Of a DNA stretch of 49,389 nucleotides, positions 1 through 8,747 are shown in pieces. Position 1 is the first letter of the stretch; every line of letters begins with the position of its first letter. Below the pieces are notes generated by a model. The model worked only from the letters and a program-made list of their open reading frames with translations, did not search any database and was not told the origin of the DNA. The stretch comes from an uncultured Spirochaetales bacterium (GTDB lineage Bacteria > Spirochaetota > Spirochaetia > Sphaerochaetales > Sphaerochaetaceae). A program made the translations under genes and the position numbers. The stretch spans positions 1 to 49,389 of the forward strand of contig CADCOT010000010.1 of the NCBI GenBank assembly GCA_902803145.1, written 5' to 3'.

Positions 1-66
1 GCCTCCGTGGGCAATCTTAAACAAAAACAGAAGTTGAGTCAAACCCTCTGTTGAAATAAACTTTCT

Positions 67-369
67 ATGAGTATGAAAATGTTGGATTTTTTGCGAAAAA
101 TATATCTTGGTCCCGTCTTCTTCTACAGGCGGTTTATCTCTCCGGCCTTCCCTGCCAGTTGCAGATACACTCCAACTTGCTCACACTACTTCATCCAGGC
201 TGTTGAAAAACACGGAATAATAAAAGGCACAATTCTTGGAACTGCAAGGCTTTGCAGATGCAACGGCTACTTCAAGACAGGTCCGGATCCCGTGCCCGAT
301 GTCTTTAGGTTCAAAGGCATTAGAGAAGATTACAGAAACTTTAAGATAAAGACCTTACAAAAGAAATAA
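67..369 (+). CDS. yidD: Membrane protein insertion efficiency factor YidD
   Basis: 100-aa ORF with the YidD Cys-rich core (FYRRFISP..CRYTPTCSHY..KHG..KG..RLCRCNG). ATG at 67. The 3' tail overlaps convergent udk by 29 nt. Confidence 0.85.
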   Translation: MSMKMLDFLRKIYLGPVFFYRRFISPAFPASCRYTPTCSHYFIQAVEKHGIIKGTILGTARLCRCNGYFKTGPDPVPDVFRFKGIREDYRNFKIKTLQKK

Positions 370-946
370 GCACCTGAAGGGCTTTTTCGTTGTAACCGCC
401 TTCCGGAACAATCAAGTCTGCAAACTCACGCATGGGCTCAATAAAGTTGAAGTAACCGGGACGGACAACGTCCAAATACTGCTTGATTACGCTGTCTACG
501 GTTCTTCCTCTTTCTGCAATATCCCTCTGCAGACGTCTGATGAATCTTATGTCATCCGGAGTATCTACATAGATTTTAAAATCAAGGAGGCTTCTGATGT
601 TGGGATCGTAGAGGATCATCAAACCTTCAATAATAATTAGAGGTGCAGGCTCAACATGAATTGTTTCTTCCATACGACAGTGATGAACAAAGTCATATTG
701 GGGCATATCGACGGCTTTGCCGTCTTTGAGGTCCTTAAGGTTCTGATACAGAAGGTCGTTGTCAAAGGCATCCGGATGGTCAAAGTTGAACGCTGTAATG
801 TTTGAATTGTTTACAAACGCTGCGCTGCGGTAGTAGTTGTCCTGAGCTATGAAGACAAAGTTCTTGCTTGCCTCTGATATCTTTCTGACGATGGTGGATT
901 TGCCGCTTCCGCTTCCGCCTGTGATTCCGATTACTTTGACTTCCAT
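341..946 (-). CDS. udk: Uridine kinase
   Basis: N-terminal P-loop GITGGSGSGKST and uridine/cytidine kinase-like length (201 aa). ATG preceded by SD GGAGGG. Confidence 0.9.
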   Translation of the reverse strand: MEVKVIGITGGSGSGKSTIVRKISEASKNFVFIAQDNYYRSAAFVNNSNITAFNFDHPDAFDNDLLYQNLKDLKDGKAVDMPQYDFVHHCRMEETIHVEPAPLIIIEGLMILYDPNIRSLLDFKIYVDTPDDIRFIRRLQRDIAERGRTVDSVIKQYLDVVRPGYFNFIEPMREFADLIVPEGGYNEKALQVLISFVRSLS

Positions 947-959
947 ATAGCCCTCCGAT

Positions 960-2777
960 TTAGGATCTCTCTTCGTTTGTAGACTTCAGAACAGCAAGGA
1001 AGGCTCTCTGCGGAATCTCTACGTTTCCTACAAGTTTCATTCTCTTCTTTCCTTCCTTCTGCTTCTCAAGAAGTTTGCGCTTTCTGGTTATATCGCCGCC
1101 GTAACACTTGGCGGTAACATCTTTTCTGTATGCATTAATTGTTTCTCTGGCAATAATATTTCCGCCAATTGCAGCCTGAATTGGAATCTTGAACTGCTGG
1201 CGCGGAATTTCGTTCTGAAGCCTCTCACAAACCTGTCTGCCGCGCTGGTATGCATTTTCTCTGAAGACAAGCTGGCTCAGGGCATCAACAGGTTCTCCGT
1301 TAACAAGAATATCCATGCGAACCAAATCTGTTTTTCTGTAGCCGATAATCTCATAGTCAAATGAAGCATAACCGCGGGAAACGGACTTAAGTCTGTCGTA
1401 GAACTCAAACAGAACTTCACTTAAGGGCATCTCATAGGTTAGTTCAACACGCTTTTCATCTATGTAAGACATGTTTGTCTGAATTCCGCGTTTTTCCATG
1501 CAGAGGCTGATAATCACACCAAGGTAGGATGCAGGGGCTATAATACTTGCCCTTATGTAGGGTTCTTCTGCATAGTCAACCTTTACAGGCTCAGGATAGT
1601 CCAAAGGATTGTCTATCATCAGTTCTTCACCGTTTTTCAGATGAACAAGATATCTTACTGAGGGGCTTGTAAAGACTATGGAAAGATCAAACTCGCGCTC
1701 AATTCTTTCCTGAACAACTTCAAGGTGCAAAAGTCCGAGGAAACCGCATCTGAAACCCTGTCCGAGGGCTGCACTGCTGTCCTTTTCATAGACAAGTGAG
1801 GCATCGTTGAGTTTAAGGCGCTCTATGGCATCCAAAAGTTCTTCATAGTCGTTTGTATCAACCGGGTAGATTGAAGAAAAAACTACAGGTTTTACATCTT
1901 TGAAGCCTTCGCAAGGCTTTTCTGCCGGGTTGGAAGCAAGGGTTACAGTATCTCCGACTCTTATGTCGGAAACTGTCTTTATGCTTGCAATAAAGTAGCC
2001 TACATCTCCGCTTTCAAGAACCTTTGTACGCACAAGGTCAAGTTGGAAGATACCAACCTCTTCAACCTTGTACACAGCCTTGCTGTTCATGAACATTATT
2101 TCCTGACCCTCTTTAAGAGAGCCTTCAAATATGCGGAAGTGTACAACTACTCCGCGATACGGATCGTAGTGCGAATCAAAGATAAGAGCCTTAAGCGGTT
2201 TTTCAGAACTTCCTGACGGTGGCGGGATAAGATTTACAATGGCTTCATACAGACCGTCTACACCTTCTCCGGTCTTTGCGCTGACCATTACGGCAGTATC
2301 GGGATCAAGACCAAGGTCTTTTTCTATCTGCTGAAGACATGAGGGAATATCTGCACTGGGAAGGTCTATCTTGTTAATTACAGGAATAATTTCCAAACCA
2401 TGGTCAATTGCCATGTACAGATTTGCAAGTGTCTGAGCCTCAACACCCTGACTGGCGTCTATAAGAAGAAGAGCACCTTCACAGGAGCTGATTGCACGGG
2501 AAACTTCATATGAAAAGTCTACATGGCCCGGAGTATCTACAAGGTTCAACTCGTAGATCTCTCCGTCAGCTGCAGGATAATTCATGGTCACAGCTTGGCT
2601 TTTGATTGTAATTCCTCTCTCACGCTCTATGTCCATGTTGTCCAGAATCTGGGTCTGCATTGGACCGCGAGAATTAAGAAGCTTTGCCTTTTCAATAAAC
2701 CTGTCGGCAAGAGTGCTCTTGCCGTGGTCTATGTGAGCTATGATGCAGAAGTTCCTTTTGTGCTTGTTGTCAGGCAT
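960..2777 (-). CDS. lepA: Translation elongation factor 4 (LepA)
   Basis: GTPase motifs AHIDHGKST, DTPGHVDF, NKID and the LepA C-terminal domain. The track start at 2789 is TTG. I prefer ATG at 2777 ([10 protein letters not shown]), which overlaps the ftsH stop by 8 nt. Confidence 0.95.
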   Translation of the reverse strand: MPDNKHKRNFCIIAHIDHGKSTLADRFIEKAKLLNSRGPMQTQILDNMDIERERGITIKSQAVTMNYPAADGEIYELNLVDTPGHVDFSYEVSRAISSCEGALLLIDASQGVEAQTLANLYMAIDHGLEIIPVINKIDLPSADIPSCLQQIEKDLGLDPDTAVMVSAKTGEGVDGLYEAIVNLIPPPSGSSEKPLKALIFDSHYDPYRGVVVHFRIFEGSLKEGQEIMFMNSKAVYKVEEVGIFQLDLVRTKVLESGDVGYFIASIKTVSDIRVGDTVTLASNPAEKPCEGFKDVKPVVFSSIYPVDTNDYEELLDAIERLKLNDASLVYEKDSSAALGQGFRCGFLGLLHLEVVQERIEREFDLSIVFTSPSVRYLVHLKNGEELMIDNPLDYPEPVKVDYAEEPYIRASIIAPASYLGVIISLCMEKRGIQTNMSYIDEKRVELTYEMPLSEVLFEFYDRLKSVSRGYASFDYEIIGYRKTDLVRMDILVNGEPVDALSQLVFRENAYQRGRQVCERLQNEIPRQQFKIPIQAAIGGNIIARETINAYRKDVTAKCYGGDITRKRKLLEKQKEGKKRMKLVGNVEIPQRAFLAVLKSTNEERS

Positions 2778-4758
2778 CTGTTCTCTCAATTATGTCTGAA
2801 TTCTTAGGACCTATCTTCTCAAATCCAAGAATTTCACGGACTTCATTGTCATCAAGGGTTTCTCTCTCAATGAGAGCCTGTGCAAGGGTATCCAGCTGGT
2901 CTTTATGCTCGGTAAGAATTGTCTTTGTTTCCTTCATGCAGGACTCAAGGATTGAAAGAATTTCCTTATCAATCTTCTTTGCAGTATCCTCTGAAAAATC
3001 CTTATGCTGGGCAATCTCACGTCCAAGGAACAACGGCTCGCCTTCGCTTCCGAGTGCAATGAAACCAAGGTTGCTCATACCCCATTCAGTGACCATACGC
3101 CTTGCAATCTCTGTTGCCTGCTTGATATCTGAACTTGGGCCTGTAGATGTCTGTCCGTTCAGAATCTCCTCTGCTACATAGCCGCCCATTGTCATCTTGA
3201 TATGGCTGAGCAAGGCAGATTTCTTCATGTAAGAAACATCCTGCTCTGGGAGGCCCATTGTTACTCCTCCGGCATTTCCGTGAGGAATGATTGTTACCTT
3301 GTACAGCGGGTCAACGTCCGGCAGGTAGTAGAACAGAAGAGCATGGCCTGCCTCATGGTAGGCTGTAAGTTTTTTGTCCTCCGGAGTCATTACGTGGCTC
3401 TTCTTGGCAATTCCAAGGACCATCTTGTCTCTTGCGTTTTCAAAGTCAATCAGCTGGACGGTTTTCCTTTTAGCCCTTGTGGCGTAGAGAGCTGCTTCAT
3501 TGACCAGGTTTGCCAGGTCTGCGCCCGATGCTCCCGGGGTTGCTCTGGCAATCTTTCTCAGATCAATGGATTTGTCCATCTTAATCTTTGCAGAGTGGAT
3601 TTTGAGAATTTCTTCACGTTCATCAATGTCAGGCAGAGTAATAGCAACCTGTCTGTCAAAACGACCGGGTCTGAGAAGAGCCGGGTCAAGAACGTCTGCA
3701 CGGTTTGTTGCTGCAATAACAATAACACCGGTACCGGTCTCAAAACCGTCCATCTCTACCAGAATCTGGTTGAGAGTCTGCTCTCTTTCATCATGGCCGC
3801 CGCCAAGTCCGCTTCCGCGGCTTCTTCCTACGGCATCAATTTCATCTATGAACAGGATACAAGGAGCATGTTTTCTTCCCTGATCAAACAGGTCTCTTAC
3901 ACGGGCTGCTCCCATACCTACAAACATTTCTACAAAGTCAGAACCGCTGGTGTGGAAGAAAGACACTCCCGCCTCTCCTGCAACAGCCTTTGCAATCAGG
4001 GTTTTACCTGTTCCCGGAGGTCCTACAAGGAGAACACCACGGGGAATCTTTGCTCCGATTTCATTAAATTCTTTCGGATTCTTTAAGAACTCAACAACTT
4101 CTTCAAGTTCGTACTTGGCCTCTTTCTGACCTGCAACATCGCTGAATTTGACCTTTACGTCTTTTTCAGAGTACTGCTTGGCCAGGCTCTTTCCGAACTG
4201 GCTCATCTGTCCTCCTGCAGAGGCGTTTCTGAGCATCATTATCATCAGACCGATGAAAACTGCGTACGGTACAATCTGCAGAAGAATTGCAACCCATGAG
4301 ATATCGGCACTTGAGCCGCGAACCTCTACGGAGTGCTGATTAAGCAGATCCAGAAGTCCGTCATCCCTGTACGGAATGCGAGTCTTGGCCTCTGCGCCTT
4401 CAGTTGTAACAAGTTCAATTGTTGTTGAATCTTTAATGTTCACAGACACAACACGGTTGTTCGTAACAAGCGCCTTGAATGTTGTGTATGTAATTTCAGG
4501 TGCTGTTGACCTTGTTGTGAAAAGTGACAGTCCCAAAAGCAGAAACAATGAAACCATGACAACCAAACCTACACGGTTTCTGGGAGCACGGTTATCCGGT
4601 CTGCGCGGGGGCATCTGAGGTCCCTGTTTGTCCTCTTTGTTTTCTTCTTTATTCTGTTTTCCGGGGCTGAACTGAGAATCTTTAGGACGCCAATAAGAAT
4701 CGCTGTCCTTTTTTTCTTTCTCCTTTTCTTCCTCAACTCTATTATCTTTTTCTTCCAT
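2770..4758 (-). CDS. ftsH: ATP-dependent zinc metalloprotease FtsH
   Basis: Walker A GPPGTGKT, Walker B DEIDA, zinc site HEAGHA, and two TM segments. It has a long K/E- and P/R-rich N-terminal extension. The start is ambiguous: ATG 4758 is preferred and the track start at 4794 is TTG. Confidence 0.93.
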   Translation of the reverse strand: MEEKDNRVEEEKEKEKKDSDSYWRPKDSQFSPGKQNKEENKEDKQGPQMPPRRPDNRAPRNRVGLVVMVSLFLLLGLSLFTTRSTAPEITYTTFKALVTNNRVVSVNIKDSTTIELVTTEGAEAKTRIPYRDDGLLDLLNQHSVEVRGSSADISWVAILLQIVPYAVFIGLMIMMLRNASAGGQMSQFGKSLAKQYSEKDVKVKFSDVAGQKEAKYELEEVVEFLKNPKEFNEIGAKIPRGVLLVGPPGTGKTLIAKAVAGEAGVSFFHTSGSDFVEMFVGMGAARVRDLFDQGRKHAPCILFIDEIDAVGRSRGSGLGGGHDEREQTLNQILVEMDGFETGTGVIVIAATNRADVLDPALLRPGRFDRQVAITLPDIDEREEILKIHSAKIKMDKSIDLRKIARATPGASGADLANLVNEAALYATRAKRKTVQLIDFENARDKMVLGIAKKSHVMTPEDKKLTAYHEAGHALLFYYLPDVDPLYKVTIIPHGNAGGVTMGLPEQDVSYMKKSALLSHIKMTMGGYVAEEILNGQTSTGPSSDIKQATEIARRMVTEWGMSNLGFIALGSEGEPLFLGREIAQHKDFSEDTAKKIDKEILSILESCMKETKTILTEHKDQLDTLAQALIERETLDDNEVREILGFEKIGPKNSDIIERTDA

Positions 4759-4778
4759 AGGCTTAAATATAGTTATTT

Positions 4779-6143
4779 TTAATCTATCAGACAAGTGTAG
4801 TACAAAGCTGTATCCCTCTGCTCGTCTTCAAGTCTGAAACGGGCAGCAAGTCTGTCAGCACCGCCGTAGATTCTGCCAAAAACAGCACAAATGCCGTTTT
4901 CATCTTCAATAACAGGAACCCTCTTTCTCAAGGCAGGCGGGATTTTCATGTCCTGAAGCACTCTGGAAAGCCTTTTTGTTCCTCCAGCCATTGTTATTCT
5001 GTCCCCTTCATGCGGGAATCTGACAACAACCTTTCCTTTGAAATCAGAAAACCTGATTCTCAGTGTTTTTGAATCTCCTGCCACATTTGAGCTGATTCTG
5101 AGATTAAGCGGAAGGTTGAGATTTACAGTGTTTTCCTCAAGTTCCTGGCAGTAGTTTTCAAACAGACAATCATCTTTAATTGAAGTCAGAAACAGAGTGT
5201 CCTGTGAAAAAGAAAACACCGCCCCGTTGGCAGAAACTGTCTCTTCCTGTCCACAGTAGGAATCCAAAACTCCATTTACCCGTTCTATCAAAGTCTGAGG
5301 CAGAAGTGTTGTCATAACATGTTCCCACATTCCGAACAACACCACCATCCTTCCGGCCTTATTCAGAGCCTTCAAGCTGCTGATTTTAACTTTGTCTGTT
5401 TCCTGAAAATCTACTCCGGAGCACTCTGAAACAGCGTTTTCACGAACTTTAAGAATCTTTTCAACATAGTCGGGATTCTCTTTTGCAAAGCGTGGCAGTT
5501 CAATGTTTCTGATGCGGTTTCTTTCAATTGAATTGTCGGTGTTTGTGCTGTCCTCACTCCACTGTAAACCTGCGTTTCTAAGGTAAGACTCAAGCAGATT
5601 TTTCGAATATTTCAAAAGAGGTCTTACAAGAGAAACATTTCCTGTTTTCTTCTTTTCACTGATTCCTCTCAGGCTTGTAACAGGACTGTTTCTGAGCATT
5701 CGCATGTAAACTGTTTCAAGTTGGTCATCAAGGTGATGAGCTGTAGCAATAAAGGGACAGTTATGATTTTCTGCAAGAACTTCCAAAGCCTTGTATCTGA
5801 GAATTCTGGCAGCCTCTTCTAGGCCGTTTCCTCTTTGCTTTGCCAGGTTCTGAACTGCATCTTTTCCAAGATCTGAAACTACTAGTTCCAAGCCAAGTTT
5901 TTTGCAGTTCTCTCTGTTCAACTGAACTTCTTTTTCAAGTTCTTCTTCAGGGCGGAGTCTGTGGTTAACATAGACTGCAACAATGTCAGATTTATTGATT
6001 GTTTTACTTAATAGAGCAACAAGAGCAAGGGAATCGCAGCCGCCTGAAAAGGCTGCAAGAATCCTGGGGTTTGCAGTGCCTGTAAGAGCTTTCAGGTTTT
6101 CAGAGAAGTCCTTTTCTATTGTAAGCGGATTGAAGTTTTGCAA
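4779..6143 (-). CDS. tilS: tRNA(Ile)-lysidine synthase TilS
   Basis: PP-loop motif SGGCDS near the N-terminus. The track start at 6170 is TTG. An in-frame TTG at 6143 has SD GGAGGAG 6 nt upstream and is preferred. It overlaps the pth 3' end. Confidence 0.85.
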   Translation of the reverse strand: MQNFNPLTIEKDFSENLKALTGTANPRILAAFSGGCDSLALVALLSKTINKSDIVAVYVNHRLRPEEELEKEVQLNRENCKKLGLELVVSDLGKDAVQNLAKQRGNGLEEAARILRYKALEVLAENHNCPFIATAHHLDDQLETVYMRMLRNSPVTSLRGISEKKKTGNVSLVRPLLKYSKNLLESYLRNAGLQWSEDSTNTDNSIERNRIRNIELPRFAKENPDYVEKILKVRENAVSECSGVDFQETDKVKISSLKALNKAGRMVVLFGMWEHVMTTLLPQTLIERVNGVLDSYCGQEETVSANGAVFSFSQDTLFLTSIKDDCLFENYCQELEENTVNLNLPLNLRISSNVAGDSKTLRIRFSDFKGKVVVRFPHEGDRITMAGGTKRLSRVLQDMKIPPALRKRVPVIEDENGICAVFGRIYGGADRLAARFRLEDEQRDTALYYTCLID

Positions 6144-6666
6144 CGTCTTCTCCTCCGATAAAAGCCTCAATTGCCTTAGCAGCGTCTTCTACGGCTTTCT
6201 CAAGTTCCTTGGCCTTGGCAGGATCTGTTTCCTTGCTGAGAACATGGTCAACAACCTCAACGCCCTCTGCAGGTCTTCCTGTCCCGATAAAGAGTCTGAT
6301 AAAGTCCGAACTGCCAAGGACTTGCTGAATGCTGTTCAGACCTTTTTGGCCTCCGTTTCCGCCGCCGTTCTTTATTCTGATTCCGCCAGTTCCCAAATCC
6401 ATGTTGTCACAGACAACCATAATGTCGGAAGCCTTAAGATTGTACTTTCTGAAATGTCTGAGGACTAAGCCGCTTTTGTTCATAAAAGTGAGAGGCTGAA
6501 TGATAATACCGCCGGGAACCTTTGCATAGCGGTAATTACACAAACAGCGCTTTTTCAGTTTGGTCTGAAAAAACGCTGCTGCGTATTCAACGGCATCAAA
6601 GCCTACATTGTGTCTTGTATGACTGTATTCGGAACCCGGGTTACCAAGACCGATAATCAGTTTCAT
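6100..6666 (-). CDS. pth: Peptidyl-tRNA hydrolase
   Basis: MKLIIGLGNPG..Y..TRHN signature. ATGA overlap with the rplY stop. Confidence 0.95.
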   Translation of the reverse strand: MKLIIGLGNPGSEYSHTRHNVGFDAVEYAAAFFQTKLKKRCLCNYRYAKVPGGIIIQPLTFMNKSGLVLRHFRKYNLKASDIMVVCDNMDLGTGGIRIKNGGGNGGQKGLNSIQQVLGSSDFIRLFIGTGRPAEGVEVVDHVLSKETDPAKAKELEKAVEDAAKAIEAFIGGEDVAKLQSAYNRKGLL

Positions 6667-6941
6667 ACAATCTGGAAGTCAGCATGAACCAGTGTACCGG
6701 TCATGATGTTTTCCTGAAGCTCTTTGAAGATGCAGTTGTAGACCTTGCCCTCAAGAGCAACTTCTACCTTGTCTCCTTCCTTGATTTTTCTGAGAGCAAG
6801 CTCAAAATCATGGGCGTTGAGAACAATGTGGAAGTTCTTGTCCTTTCCGTACATCTCTGCGGGGAAAAGGCCTTTCTTGATCAGTCTTCTTGATCCGGCA
6901 GATCCGAAATCTTCTGTTCTGGGAAGTGCTGCAATTGTCAT
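6663..6941 (-). CDS. rplY: 50S ribosomal protein L25 (short form)
   Basis: 92-aa ORF resembling the L25/Ctc N-terminal domain (R...GS..SRRLR.....PA..YG). SD AGGAG upstream. Conserved L25-pth synteny. Confidence 0.8.
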   Translation of the reverse strand: MTIAALPRTEDFGSAGSRRLIKKGLFPAEMYGKDKNFHIVLNAHDFELALRKIKEGDKVEVALEGKVYNCIFKELQENIMTGTLVHADFQIV

Positions 6942-6960
6942 TTTGTTTTCTCCTACTCTC

Positions 6961-6976
6961 GTTGGATTAATCCAAC
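6961..6976 (-). promoter_or_regulatory. Perfect 16-bp palindrome GTTGGATTAATCCAAC in the rplY leader
   Basis: Self-complementary sequence read directly. It lies between the predicted promoter and the rplY SD. Confidence 0.3.
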
Positions 6977-6997
6977 TACCATCAAAAATTCGTTAGA

Positions 6998-7026
6998 ACT
7001 ATATCAAACGTTTTAATTATTGTCTA
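6998..7026 (-). promoter_or_regulatory. Sigma70-like promoter for the rplY-pth-tilS-ftsH-lepA-udk string
   Basis: On the minus strand, TAGACA, 17 nt, TATAGT. It sits just downstream of tRNA-Gln. Confidence 0.5.
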
Positions 7027-7038
7027 TAAGGGACAATA

Positions 7039-7110
7039 CTGGGGAAGAAGGAATCGAACCTTCATAACCGGAGCCAAAACCCGGTGCCCTAGCCATTAGG
7101 CTATTCCCCA
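7039..7110 (-). tRNA. tRNA-Gln (anticodon UUG)
   Basis: 72-nt cloverleaf folded by hand. Acceptor TGGGGAA/TTCCCCA with U1-A72 and G73, anticodon stem CCGGG/TCCGG, loop TTTTGGC, T-arm GAAGG-TTCGATT-CCTTC. CCA is not encoded. Confidence 0.85.
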
Positions 7111-7135
7111 ATTTCTTTGCAAATAATAGAACACC

Positions 7136-7894
7136 TTAGCCTTGTGTGACAAGGTACCATGTATCGCCCGAACCGGACATGTACAGTCTTCCGTCGCTCT
7201 CATTCACCCCTTCAGGCTTTTTGCTCAGGATTTCAAAATCATTTTCAAAGGCCCACTGCAATACAGGTTTGTTATACATACTTACAAGTTTTTCCTCTGT
7301 CGGAAGTTTTTCTCTAAGTCCTGCAGCATCAAGTTTTGCATAGGCCTTGCCGGTTCCTTCTTTGGGGATGCTTGATTTGTATAGTTTGAAAACAAGATCT
7401 GTTCTGGCCTTAATCGGATGGATAATCTCTCCCCTTCCGCTTACAAAGGCGGCCTTGCTTTCCTGCATGAAAAACGGCACATCCGAACCCACAGCAGCAG
7501 CACAGTCCATCAGGTCCTGTTTGCTCAACGGCTTCCCTGAGAGCTCTTGAAGAGCAAGAAGCACAGCTGCGGCGTCGGAAGAGCCTCCGCCGAGTCCTGC
7601 CTTCACAGGAATCTTTTTTTCTACATTTATACAAATATTCGCTTCAATTGCGCTCTTTTGAAGAAAAAGCCTTGCAGCCTCATAGCAAGTGTTATCTTTG
7701 CTATCCGCACAATCCTCAAGCCCGCAAACTGTGATTGATGTTTTCTGAGCTTTTTCAAAGCGGATGAGAATATCGTCGCAGACGCAGTCTATCTTTTGAA
7801 AGATTGAGGCAAGTTCATGGAAACCTTCGGCGGTCTTCTTTCCAATGTACAGCCCTATGTTCACCTTAGGAAAGGCCTTTGTTCTCAGTTCCAA
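7136..7894 (-). CDS. ispE: 4-diphosphocytidyl-2-C-methyl-D-erythritol kinase
   Basis: GHMP kinase motif PVKAGLGGGSSDAAAVL and N-terminal AFPKVNIGL. TTG start with SD AAGGAG 8 nt upstream. It overlaps the stop of the upstream glycosylase gene. Confidence 0.85.
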   Translation of the reverse strand: MELRTKAFPKVNIGLYIGKKTAEGFHELASIFQKIDCVCDDILIRFEKAQKTSITVCGLEDCADSKDNTCYEAARLFLQKSAIEANICINVEKKIPVKAGLGGGSSDAAAVLLALQELSGKPLSKQDLMDCAAAVGSDVPFFMQESKAAFVSGRGEIIHPIKARTDLVFKLYKSSIPKEGTGKAYAKLDAAGLREKLPTEEKLVSMYNKPVLQWAFENDFEILSKKPEGVNESDGRLYMSGSGDTWYLVTQG

Positions 7895-8576
7895 ATTCCG
7901 TTCTCCTTAAGTGTTGCAAGTACCTTGCCTTCCCAGTCCCGGTTTGCCTGAGGGTTTCCGGGGCTTGGGTGAATAATTGAAATAACATCAAGCTTGCTTC
8001 CAAGTGCCTCAAGATGCTGTTTTGCATACTGGCCCACTCCGACCAGATACTGCGGTTTTACATATGAAACAACATAGTCCAAATATTCCATGCAAAGGTC
8101 TTCCAATGCCTTGCGCTCGTTCTTTAAGAGTTTGTCCGGTGTAATGTTTTTTGCAGTTTTTCCGCTGTCTAAAAATCCAAGCGGACAGAAATTAACAACC
8201 GCACAAAACTCAGGAAGCTTTGCACTGTCAGGAAACAGCTTTTCAAGCAAGCCCCACAATCTTTTTCCGCTTATCTCAGAGCGCTTGATATCCATACCTA
8301 AAACAGGCCTTCCCGGGTGCTGAACTCTAGGAGTTTCAACCTGATTGTTTATCTTCAGATAATTTTTGACCGCATTGATTTCTCCAAACGGAACACCCGT
8401 CTGAAGCATGCCGAAAGGACCGGGGTTCATTCCAAGAAAAAGAACCCTTGCTCCGGGTTTGACAAATCTGTTCAGATATTCTTCATGGTTTTTCCATGCA
8501 TATTCCAAAGGATTATAGACATAACCGTCAAAGGTAAAGCTAAGCGATGAACATTTATCCGAGAACTGCTTTGTTT
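7885..8576 (-). CDS. SMUG1-family uracil-DNA glycosylase (start codon unresolved)
   Basis: Strong similarity to SMUG1 as I remember it: YNPLEYAW, LFLGMNPGPFGM..TGVPFGE, HPSPGNPQAN. SMUG1-like sequence runs right up to the 3' end of tRNA-Val at 8577. There is no ATG/GTG/TTG in frame between 8576 and the TTG at 8508. See findings. Confidence 0.75.
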
Positions 8577-8648
8577 TAGGCGCGATTGGGTTTGAACCAA
8601 CGACTTCTACCGTGTGAAGGTAGCACTCTCCCACTGAGTTACACGCCC
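8577..8648 (-). tRNA. tRNA-Val (anticodon CAC)
   Basis: 72-nt cloverleaf: GGGCGTG TA ACTC AGTGGGA GAGT G CTACC TTCACAC GGTAG AAGTC GTTGG TTCAAAC CCAAT CGCGCCT A. G1:U72 pair. CCA is not encoded. Confidence 0.85.
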
Positions 8649-8658
8649 GTACCTGGCT

Positions 8659-8687
8659 ATTATTACTGTTTCCGTCTTTTAAAGCAA
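8659..8687 (-). promoter_or_regulatory. Sigma70-like promoter for tRNA-Val-CAC
   Basis: On the minus strand, TTGCTT, 16-17 nt, TAATAAT. It ends about 10 nt before the tRNA 5' end. Confidence 0.4.
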
Positions 8688-8702
8688 TAGTCATGGTTTT
8701 TG

Positions 8703-8728
8703 AAAAAAACAGGGCCCGAAGGCCCTGT
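8703..8728 (-). terminator. Rho-independent terminator after the 410-aa secreted protein gene
   Basis: On the minus strand, ACAGGGCC-TTCG-GGCCCTGT followed by a T-run of 6. It begins 19 nt after the stop at 8748. Confidence 0.8.
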
Positions 8729-8747
8729 ATCATTATAATCTTCCGTC

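Noticed and set aside
1-54. Possible 3' end of an upstream plus-strand gene (rnpA would be expected before yidD)
   Set aside because: Only 17 codons are visible and they carry no diagnostic motif, so the call cannot be supported.
3202-4086. 294-aa plus-strand ORF, and the 127-aa ORF at 3500-3883
   Set aside because: Both lie entirely antisense to the well-supported ftsH gene. The sequence is low-complexity and Cys/Ser-rich with no motifs. These are typical shadow ORFs.
5983-6468. 161-aa plus-strand ORF
   Set aside because: Antisense to the tilS and pth genes. Shadow ORF.
8577-8733. ATG at 8733 (or 8694) as the true start of the SMUG1-like gene
   Set aside because: This extension would be encoded by a terminator hairpin, a promoter and a complete tRNA gene. 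I treat it as an ORF-caller artefact and record the unresolved start as a finding.
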